Below, piece by piece: positions 1 through 6,987 of a stretch of 10,879 bases of DNA. The stretch is from an uncultured Janthinobacterium sp. (GTDB taxonomy: Bacteria > Vulcanimicrobiota > Vulcanimicrobiia > Vulcanimicrobiales > Vulcanimicrobiaceae), in NCBI GenBank assembly GCA_964658025.1, contig CAZZXB010000078.1, positions 1-10,879 of the forward strand, given 5' to 3'. The translations under genes and the position numbers were made by a program. Within the stretch, counting starts at the first letter, position 1; the number at the start of each line of letters is the position of its first letter. Below the pieces are notes generated by a model. It ran no database searches, had not been told where the DNA came from, and worked only from the letters and a program-made list of their open reading frames with translations.

Positions 1-123
1 CGAGTCGACGAGTGCGGCGAGAAAGCGCCCGTAATTGTAATTCACGATCACGACGCTGACGAGCGGCATCGCGATCGCGTTCGGATCGAGCCGTGTAGCG
101 CCGGCGGGCGGGGTTCGCGTCAA
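1..123 (-). CDS. Family 2 glycosyltransferase, 5' end only (runs off the window start)
   Basis: Not in the ORF track. Hand translation from TTG 123 gives (M)TRTPPAGATRLDPNAIAMPLVSVVIVNYNYGRFLAALVDS; 'VSVVIVNYNYGRFL' is the typical first strand/loop of GT2 (GT-A) enzymes. TTG(123-121) overlaps the upstream TGA(122-120). Alternative start is ATG at 69. Confidence 0.8.
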   Translation of the reverse strand, partial: MTRTPPAGATRLDPNAIAMPLVSVVIVNYNYGRFLAALVDS

Positions 124-2510
124 GGGCAAGCCTCGATCGGGTGAGCGGCGGTTGCGCGATGTGCGGCAATCACCTCGCGGTAGAAGCTCTCGAGGCGCGT
201 TGCGATCGTATCCCAACCTAGCTCGGCGCGCAGCTTGGCGGCGACGCCAGCCGCCAGTGCCTCGGCCAGACCGTCGTCGGCCAGAAGCGGAGCCAACGCG
301 GCGGCCAGCGCGGCGGGATCGTCCGGGGGTACCACGAAGCCATCGCGCCCATGGGTCACGAAATCCGGCAAGCCACCGACCGCCGAGACGACGACCGGCC
401 GTCCGTTGCCGAAGGCCGAGGCCACGATGCCGCTCTGCGTCGCATCGCGATAGGGCCCGACGACGACGGAGGCGCGCTGGAACAGCACGATCGCCTCGTC
501 GTGCGAGATGAAACGATCGTGCAATTCCACATCGGGTTCACGAAGGCGCGGCGCCAGGCGAGCCAGCTCGGGCCCACGGCCCGCGACGATCAGCCGAAAC
601 GTGCGGCCCTGCGCGCGGAGCATGTCCGCGGCGTCGAGCAAGGTCTCGAGTCCCTTGTAGGCCTCCATCCGGCCGAAGAAGAGCAAGCTGAGCGGTTCAC
701 GCGGGCGCCTGGTGTCCGGGGTCGGTATGAACATGGCACCGTGGGCGGTCGAGATCAGCGGGCGATCGACCTGCCGCGTCGCTCGCAGCTCTCGTTCGCA
801 ATGAGGGCCATGCACATGGTAGGCGGCGGCATCCGCGCGCAACCGCTCGCGGAACACCAGACCGCGCGCGACGAAATCCGCGTCGGACCCCGTATGCGGG
901 CGTGGGTCGTGCACCGTGAGCACGACGGGCACGCGGCGCGCGCGCGCGAGGTCCGCGAGCAGGCCGTCCGCCGTCGGCGAGCCCGCATCGATCAGGCCGC
1001 CGCCGCGTGCGAACGCGCGCAATCGCGCCGCGACGACGGGCTCGAGCGGCGGTACCGTCGCCACGTGCGGCGCGGGTGCGATCAGCACGCGAAACGGCCG
1101 CAGATCCGCGACGCGCGGATCGACGACCGCGCACGAGAGACCCGCGGCCCGACACGCGGCCTGCGCCTCCTCGAGGCGCGCCGCCGCGTCCCCGATCAGT
1201 TCGTTCGTCGTGCGCGCGGGCGCGAAGCTCCCGCCGAAGTACGCGATCGCCGCATCGCGCGCGACGGGCGCCGCGGCGAGTTCCGCGTTGAAGCGCCCGA
1301 CGAACGCACCGAACGCCGCCGTCGGTGCGTACCGCGCTCCGGGCGTCCCCGCGAGATCGAGCGCCGCGTCCCAGGCGTAGAAAGCGTTCGCGAACGGGGC
1401 CTCCCACCCGGGCGGGTCGAGGGTGTCCTGCGCCGGGAAGTTGACGATCCCGCGCGCGCCGTCGCCGAGCATCGTCGCGAGCGCGAGTTCGGTGTTCGCG
1501 GGATCGGCCGCGCGCGGTCGGGCGTCGCCCGCGCCTTCGAGCCAGCCCGCTTGAAACTCGCTCGCGAAGAGCGGTTGGTGCGGACGCGTCGCGAGCATCC
1601 CGAACGAGAGCTCGAGCTGCGCGAGATCGTGTTCGCCGAGCGCGTAGGCCTCGCTCTGATACCAGTTCCCCATCGCCCAGACGGGCGACGACGAAGGGAC
1701 CTTCATCTGATACGTGTTGACGAACGTGAGCTCGTCGTCGCCGGTGACGCCGTGGACGACGCCGCGCAACCACGCGAGGTACGCGCGGAGGTGCGGGGCG
1801 GGGTAGGTCTGGTTGTCGATGTAGGCGCCCTGATCGTCGTCGAGCGCGACCGCGAGGATGCGATCCGCGACGGGCGCGCATTCGCGCAACACGCGCTCGA
1901 GCCAGCGGCGCGCGTAGTACGTATGCGTCGCGTTGGCCATCCACGCGCGCGCGGCGTCGTCGGAATGCGCGTTCTGCAGGGTCGCGATCGGCGGATAGCG
2001 CCCCTCGAGTAGATCGTGCCGCGGCATCGCGTATTCGGGCCGTTCCAATAACCACGCGGGATAGCCGCCGTTGCGCCACTCGTTGCGTACGACGGGGCCG
2101 GGTCGTAACACGATCGCGAAATCGTGCGCCGCGGCGAGCCGTAGCACTTCGTGCAGGTCGCGACGCGGGTTCGTGCGCCCGTCGAAATCGAAATCGCCGT
2201 CGGAGAGCTCGTGCCAGTTCCACGGCACGTAGAGGTCGAGCGTGTTGATCCCGATGCGCGCGAGCGCGTCCATCGACGCATCCCACGACGCGCGCGGTAG
2301 TCGCTCGTAGAAGAACGCCGCGCCGTAGAGAAAGAACGGGCGCCCGTCGCGTTCGAAGACCGTCGCGCCGTCGCGCTCGACGATCGCCGCGTGACCGTAC
2401 CGCGGCGCGGCGAGCGCTGGATCCGCGACGCTCGACGCGAGCACGAAGAGCGCGGCGGCGAGCGCGTATGCGGCGCACCGGGCCCGGCGCGCGAGGAAGC
2501 GAGAGATCAC
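120..2510 (-). CDS. Fusion ORF: secreted GH35/GH42-type glycosidase (beta-galactosidase / GlmA-like exo-beta-glucosaminidase) joined to the C-terminal part of a GT4 glycosyltransferase
   Basis: GH35 motifs: GINTLDLYVPWNWHE, DFDFDG, LRPGP, EWRNGGYPAWL, putative nucleophile SEFQAGW, then a GH42-trimerisation-like alpha/beta domain (RDAAIAY...LRAFARGGG). From about nt 930 down, GT4 motifs: VPVVLTVHDP, LFFGRMEAYKG, PYRDATQSG, GRPVVVSAVGGLPD, DGFVVPPDDP. Sec-type signal ends in PALA. ORF track starts at 2561; GTG 2510 is preferred because of the signal-peptide length and a -10-like box. Confidence 0.8.
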   Translation of the reverse strand: MISRFLARRARCAAYALAAALFVLASSVADPALAAPRYGHAAIVERDGATVFERDGRPFFLYGAAFFYERLPRASWDASMDALARIGINTLDLYVPWNWHELSDGDFDFDGRTNPRRDLHEVLRLAAAHDFAIVLRPGPVVRNEWRNGGYPAWLLERPEYAMPRHDLLEGRYPPIATLQNAHSDDAARAWMANATHTYYARRWLERVLRECAPVADRILAVALDDDQGAYIDNQTYPAPHLRAYLAWLRGVVHGVTGDDELTFVNTYQMKVPSSSPVWAMGNWYQSEAYALGEHDLAQLELSFGMLATRPHQPLFASEFQAGWLEGAGDARPRAADPANTELALATMLGDGARGIVNFPAQDTLDPPGWEAPFANAFYAWDAALDLAGTPGARYAPTAAFGAFVGRFNAELAAAPVARDAAIAYFGGSFAPARTTNELIGDAAARLEEAQAACRAAGLSCAVVDPRVADLRPFRVLIAPAPHVATVPPLEPVVAARLRAFARGGGLIDAGSPTADGLLADLARARRVPVVLTVHDPRPHTGSDADFVARGLVFRERLRADAAAYHVHGPHCERELRATRQVDRPLISTAHGAMFIPTPDTRRPREPLSLLFFGRMEAYKGLETLLDAADMLRAQGRTFRLIVAGRGPELARLAPRLREPDVELHDRFISHDEAIVLFQRASVVVGPYRDATQSGIVASAFGNGRPVVVSAVGGLPDFVTHGRDGFVVPPDDPAALAAALAPLLADDGLAEALAAGVAAKLRAELGWDTIATRLESFYREVIAAHRATAAHPIEACP

Positions 2511-2517
2511 GCCCGAG

Positions 2518-2523
2518 ACGCTA
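2518..2523 (-). promoter_or_regulatory. Putative -10 element (TAGCGT) of a leaderless transcript for the GH35-GT4 ORF
   Basis: Minus strand reads TAGCGT-ctcgggc-GTG(2510): a TANNNT hexamer 7 nt upstream of a start codon with no Shine-Dalgarno sequence. Confidence 0.4.
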
Positions 2524-2568
2524 TCGCGCTGCGGGACCGCCATCCTCCAGCCGCGTAGCACGGCCGTG

Positions 2569-3606
2569 ATGGCGAGCGACTACGCGCGGCTCCTGGGTCT
2601 GCACGGCGATCTCCGCATCGACTCGGTGACGTCGCCCGCGCTCGAGAACAATCCGCTCGGCGATCCGGCGACGCGACCGCTCGCCGTCTACGTTCCGCCC
2701 GGCTTCGATCCGCAGGGGTCGCGACGGTATCCCGTCGTCTACGTCTTGCCGGGATACACGGGCGACGTCGCGTCGCAGATCGCCGCACGACCTTGGGAGC
2801 GCAACGTCGTGCAGATCGCGGATCGCGCGATCGTCGCGGGCGAGATGCGGCGGGCGATCGTGGCGATCGTCGACGGGAACACGCGTCTGGGCGGATCGCA
2901 GTACGTGGACTCGATCCACAACGGCGCCTACGCGACCTACGTCGTGCGCGACGTCGTGGGATACGTGGACGCGCGGTATCCGACGATCGCGAGCGAGGGC
3001 GGCCGGGCGATCGTCGGCAAATCCTCGGGCGGCTTCGGCGCGCTCTATCTCGCGATGACGCGCCCGGGCGTGTTCGGCGCGTTCGCCTCGCACAGCGGCG
3101 ATGCGTATTTTCGATACGCGCTCGTCCCCGGATTCGTCGAGGCGCAGCGGACGCTCGAAGCCCACGGAGGCGACGCGGCCGCTTTCGTGCGCGCCTTCGA
3201 AGCGAAACGCAAGCGCGACGGCGCCGAGATGATGACGATCCTCATCCTCGGTCAAGCCGCGGCGTACTCGCCGCGCGCGGCCGAGCCGTTCGCGTTCGAT
3301 CTCCCGTTCGACGCGCGGACGGGCGAGATCCGCGAGGACGTATTCGCGCGGTGGGAGGCGTTCGATCCGGTCGTCCTCGCGCCGACGTGTCGCGACGCGC
3401 TCGCGCGGGCGCGCGTACGGTACGTCGATTGCGGGCGACGCGACGAGTACGCACTCGATCTCGGGAACCGGATCTTCGTCGAACGCGTTCGTGCGATGGG
3501 ACTCGACGTCCGTCACGAAGAGTTCGACGATGATCATCGGGGCGTCGGGTACCGATTCGCCGTCTCGTTACCCGCCCTCGCCGACGTCTTGGAGTCGCAC
3601 GAATGA
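2569..3606 (+). CDS. Alpha/beta hydrolase, putative esterase (Fes/enterochelin esterase-like family)
   Basis: VYVPPGF, RYPVVYVLPG, nucleophile elbow GKSSGG, candidate catalytic Asp (DCGRRDE) and His (EEFDDDH). No signal peptide. Start is ATG 2569 or GTG 2566. Confidence 0.88.
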   Translation: MASDYARLLGLHGDLRIDSVTSPALENNPLGDPATRPLAVYVPPGFDPQGSRRYPVVYVLPGYTGDVASQIAARPWERNVVQIADRAIVAGEMRRAIVAIVDGNTRLGGSQYVDSIHNGAYATYVVRDVVGYVDARYPTIASEGGRAIVGKSSGGFGALYLAMTRPGVFGAFASHSGDAYFRYALVPGFVEAQRTLEAHGGDAAAFVRAFEAKRKRDGAEMMTILILGQAAAYSPRAAEPFAFDLPFDARTGEIREDVFARWEAFDPVVLAPTCRDALARARVRYVDCGRRDEYALDLGNRIFVERVRAMGLDVRHEEFDDDHRGVGYRFAVSLPALADVLESHE

Positions 3607-3659
3607 AGGTTGCGTTACGAATGAAGATTCCGTTTCGAACGAAGCTCGCGTGTCGAACG
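3600..3659 (+). repeat. Imperfect 18-bp tandem repeat, about 3.3 copies
   Basis: CGAATGAAGGTTGCGTTA (3600) / CGAATGAAGATTCCGTTT (3618) / CGAACGAAGCTCGCGTGT (3636) / CGAACG (3654). Confidence 0.7.
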
Positions 3660-4202
3660 GTCGCGTCGCTCGCGTGCGCGGTCCTCTGCGCCCTCGCGCT
3701 CCGTCCCGCGGCGCGCGCGGACGATCGCAGTTTCGACGATCCGGGGATCCACTTCTCGCCGCCGCTCGGATGGCAGAAGCTCGCCGCGCCGCCGCCGAAC
3801 GGATCCGGCGAGGCGGGCGATCAGCCGCCCGTGGCGGTTTTCGCGTACGACGTCGGCAAGCCCGATCAGCGCGCGATCCTGATCACGATCGAGGATTTCG
3901 ACGGAACGCTCGACGCGTTCGAGACCTCGCACGAAAGCAAGATCCATCAGAGCGGCGACGGCGTGTTCATCAAACCGAAGAAGGCGATCGCGCTCGCGAA
4001 CGGGATGCCGGGCTATCTCATCTCGGTAACCTCGGGCGCCGAGGCCGGAAAATTCGTGATCCATTACGACGAGTCGTTCATCGACGGTCAGCGCGGTATC
4101 GTCGTGTCGTACGTCGGCCGCCAGGGCGATTTCGACGAGACCGCGGTGACGAGCGCCCTCTCGTCGCTCTACATCGTGCGATATCCGGGCTCGCGGAATT
4201 AG
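3603..4202 (+). CDS. Secreted hypothetical protein (possible PsbP/Mog1/DcrB-like fold)
   Basis: ATGA overlap with the esterase stop; basic n-region, hydrophobic stretch and AxA cleavage site (PAARA|DD); natural amino-acid composition. Alternative start is ATG 3621. The fold call is inference only. Confidence 0.75.
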   Translation: MKVALRMKIPFRTKLACRTVASLACAVLCALALRPAARADDRSFDDPGIHFSPPLGWQKLAAPPPNGSGEAGDQPPVAVFAYDVGKPDQRAILITIEDFDGTLDAFETSHESKIHQSGDGVFIKPKKAIALANGMPGYLISVTSGAEAGKFVIHYDESFIDGQRGIVVSYVGRQGDFDETAVTSALSSLYIVRYPGSRN

Positions 4203-5776
4203 CGAGTGCGTCCGCGCGAACGCCGCGCGCCGACGAAGCGCCAGAGTCGCGACGGTTCGTAGCCGACGCCGTGGGCGCGCGCGGTCGCGGCGTGGACGCG
4301 ATCGAGCGGTGCGGCCGAGCCGTCCGTCGGCGCGAACGCGACGACGCCGCCCGAGCCGCGAAACCGCGCCGCGACCGCGCTCGGCGTTCCGACGGCGAGG
4401 CATCCGGGGCGTTCGATGCGGTCGATCGGGACGTCGTGCGCGAGCGTCGCGACGAGGACGAGAAGCGATTCGTCGTTATCGACGAAGCAGAGTCGGGCGC
4501 CCGGCGTCGCGTCGATGTGTCGCGCGATCGCGACGAGCGGGGCGTCGTGCGAATCGATCCACCACGATTCGCGCGGGGCGCTCGTGGCGAGCGAGAACGC
4601 GCCGCAGAGGACGAGCGCGCCGAGACCGGCGCTCGCCGTTCGCGGTCGCGAACGTGCGATCGAAGCGATTCCCGCCGCGACGAGGAGTTCGATGCCGAGC
4701 CACGTCGGGGTGAGGTAGCGCGCGGCCGTCGAGCGGCTTTCGTGAAAGAGCAGATCCGGGACGACGAGCGGCAACGTCGCACACGCGACGACGAGCCACG
4801 CGAACGCGTACCCTTCGTCCGTCCGCCCGTCTCCATGCCGGAGCGCGCGCGTGCCCGCGACGATCGCGGCGACCGCGATCCCCGCGCCGAGCAACGCGAC
4901 CGGCGCGTAGACGAGCGAGGCGTACTCCGCGTCGACGAACACGGCGCTCGTCTCGAACGCCCATTTTCCGAGCATCAGGGCGAGCGGGAGCGGCACCTCG
5001 TTCCACGCGGTCGTCGACGAGATGACGTGCCAGCCGCGGGCGATCACCGCGAGCCACGGCGCGTAGGCGACGAGCGCGAGGACGAGCGTCGCCGCGAACG
5101 CGAACGCGCCGCTCGGTCGTCCGCGAGCGACGCGATAGACGACGAAGAGCGCGTGCGCCGCGAGGACGTACGCGAAGAACGGGTCGGTGTAGAGCGCGAG
5201 GATCGAGCCGACGCCGTAGAGCGCGAATCGCGCGAGCCCGCCGACCCGCAGCGCGTCGACGAGCGACGCGCTCGAAACGACCGTCAGCAACGCCCACAGA
5301 CTGTATTCGCGATTGTATTGCGCGAAGACGACGTGGAAGGGCGAGACCGCGACGAGCGCGACCGTCGCGAGCGCGGCGCGCGCGTCGAAGAGGCGCCGCG
5401 CGAGCCAGTAACTCGCGGGGAGCAAGAGCATGCCGAAGACGACCGCGAGCGATCGTTCCGTCGCGAGCGAGGTCCCCAAGCGCTGCCACCCGCGTTCGAG
5501 CAGATAGTACAGCGGCGGATGCTGCGGATCGTCCGTCGCGAGCGAACGGATCGTCACCGCGGCCGTATCGCCCGGTCGCACGCGCTCGAAGCGCGCGCGT
5601 GCGTCGCCCGTGCTCGCGAGCTCGCCCCGCGAGAAGGCGCGGACGAACTCCGGTAACGTCGCCCCGCTCATGCGAACGAGCGTCACCGATTCGTCGAAAC
5701 CGTACACCTTGCGATCGAGATGCGTGCAGCGGAAGAAGGAGCCGAGCGCGATCGCGATCGCCGCGACGACGAGCAT
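4199..5776 (-). CDS. Multi-pass membrane glycosyltransferase, GT-C fold (GT39/PMT_2/ArnT-like)
   Basis: C-terminal 525 aa of track ORF 4199..7063: TM1 followed by KVYGFDES (DE motif), QHPPLYYLL, SPFHVVFAQYNREYSLW, ALYTDPFF, ARYLTP and many hydrophobic helices. Start is ATG 5776, or possibly CTG 5830 overlapping the metB stop. Its TAA overlaps the convergent TAG at 4199-4202. Confidence 0.85.
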   Translation of the reverse strand: MLVVAAIAIALGSFFRCTHLDRKVYGFDESVTLVRMSGATLPEFVRAFSRGELASTGDARARFERVRPGDTAAVTIRSLATDDPQHPPLYYLLERGWQRLGTSLATERSLAVVFGMLLLPASYWLARRLFDARAALATVALVAVSPFHVVFAQYNREYSLWALLTVVSSASLVDALRVGGLARFALYGVGSILALYTDPFFAYVLAAHALFVVYRVARGRPSGAFAFAATLVLALVAYAPWLAVIARGWHVISSTTAWNEVPLPLALMLGKWAFETSAVFVDAEYASLVYAPVALLGAGIAVAAIVAGTRALRHGDGRTDEGYAFAWLVVACATLPLVVPDLLFHESRSTAARYLTPTWLGIELLVAAGIASIARSRPRTASAGLGALVLCGAFSLATSAPRESWWIDSHDAPLVAIARHIDATPGARLCFVDNDESLLVLVATLAHDVPIDRIERPGCLAVGTPSAVAARFRGSGGVVAFAPTDGSAAPLDRVHAATARAHGVGYEPSRLWRFVGARRSRGRTR

Positions 5777-5826
5777 CGCGCGCGTCCCGGCCGGATCGGC
5801 GGAGCGGGTGAGGTTCCCGCGTTCGG

Positions 5827-6987
5827 TCAGCGCGCCACCGGCGCCGGACGGGTCGCATCGAGTGCGGCGGCGAGATCGTCGACGAGGTCGTCCGCGTCCT
5901 CGATGCCGACGGAGATCCGCACGAGCCGATCCGTGATCCCGCGTCGCTCGCGTTCGGCCTGCGGGATCGACCCGTGCGTCATGCGCGCGGGGATGCTCAC
6001 GAGCGATTCCACGCCGCCCAGACTCTCGGCCAGGCTGAAGAGCTTCGTGGCGCGCGCGAAGGCGAACGCGCGCGCGCCGTCGCCGCGGAGCTCGAACGAG
6101 AGCATCCCGCCGAAGCCGCGCATCTGCCGCGCCGCGACCGCGTGACCCGGATGCGACGCGAGCCCGGGATAGTAGACGCGTTCCACGTCGTCGCGGCCGC
6201 CGAGAAACGCGACGACGGCGCGCGCGTTGCGCTCGTGCTCGCGCATGCGCAGCGCGAGCGTTTTGGCGCCGCGCATCGTGAGCCACGCGTCGAAGGGTCC
6301 GGGGACGCCGCCGACGGCGTTCTGATGGAATTTGATCGTCTCCGCGAGTTCGGGATCGTCGGTCATCGCCGCCCCGCCGACGACGTCGGAATGGCCGCCG
6401 ATGTACTTCGTGGTCGAATGGACGACGACGTCGGCGCCGAGCGCGAGCGGATTCTGGAAGTACGGCGTCGCGAACGTGTTGTCGACGGCGAGCACGGCGC
6501 CCGCGGGGCGCAGCGCCGCGAGCGCGGCGATGTCGATCACGCTCAGGAGCGGGTTCGTCGGCGTCTCCGCCCAGATGAGTTTCGTCGTCGGACGCAGCGC
6601 CGCGCGCGTCGCGTCGGGATCGCGGAGATCGACGAACGAGAAATCGATGCCGTAGCGCGCGTAGACCTTCGAGAAGAGCCGATACGTGCCGCCGTAGAGA
6701 TCCTCGCCGACGACGACGTGATCGCCCGCCGAGAGGAGGTTGAGCACGGCCGACGTCGCGGCGACGCCGCTCGCGAACGCGCTGCAGTACGCCGCGCCTT
6801 CGAGCGAGGCGAGTTGCGCTTGGAGCGCCGTCCGCGTGGGATTCACGGAACGGCTGTAGTCGTACCCCTTGTGCTCGCCGACGGCGTCCTGCGTGTACGT
6901 CGACGTCGCGTAGATGGGGACGATCGTCGCGCCGGTCGAGCGATCCGCCTCCTGTCCGACGTGGATCGCTTTGGTGCTGAACTTCAC
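5827..6987 (-). CDS. metB: Cystathionine gamma-synthase/gamma-lyase (MetB/MccB family, PLP-dependent)
   Basis: YDYSRSVNPTR, DLYGGTYR, ETPTNP, VDNTFATP, PLP-lysine motif HSTTKYIGGHSD, LAESLGGVESL, RISVGIED. GTGA overlap with the cbs stop. Coupling to cbs suggests gamma-lyase activity in reverse transsulfuration. Confidence 0.93.
   Translation of the reverse strand: MKFSTKAIHVGQEADRSTGATIVPIYATSTYTQDAVGEHKGYDYSRSVNPTRTALQAQLASLEGAAYCSAFASGVAATSAVLNLLSAGDHVVVGEDLYGGTYRLFSKVYARYGIDFSFVDLRDPDATRAALRPTTKLIWAETPTNPLLSVIDIAALAALRPAGAVLAVDNTFATPYFQNPLALGADVVVHSTTKYIGGHSDVVGGAAMTDDPELAETIKFHQNAVGGVPGPFDAWLTMRGAKTLALRMREHERNARAVVAFLGGRDDVERVYYPGLASHPGHAVAARQMRGFGGMLSFELRGDGARAFAFARATKLFSLAESLGGVESLVSIPARMTHGSIPQAERERRGITDRLVRISVGIEDADDLVDDLAAALDATRPAPVAR

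Noticed and set aside
410..455. GT4 domain lacks the EX7E motif (PYRDATQSGIVASA), suggesting inactivation
   Set aside because: PY..ATQSG is a common variant in a GT4 subgroup, so it is not evidence of decay.
2460..2510. Twin-arginine (Tat) signal in LARRARC
   Set aside because: It does not match S/T-R-R-x-F-L-K; better read as a basic Sec n-region.
3600..3659. CRISPR array interpretation of the 18-bp repeats
   Set aside because: The units are contiguous, degenerate and coding, with no spacers and no cas genes.
3491..5656. 721-aa plus-strand ORF and other long overlapping ORFs (351..2012, 697..2478, 2521..3537, 5974..7032, 8369..9574, 9030..10004)
   Set aside because: Shadow ORFs expected in very GC-rich DNA: Arg/Ala/Pro-rich, no recognisable motifs, and overlapping well-supported genes.
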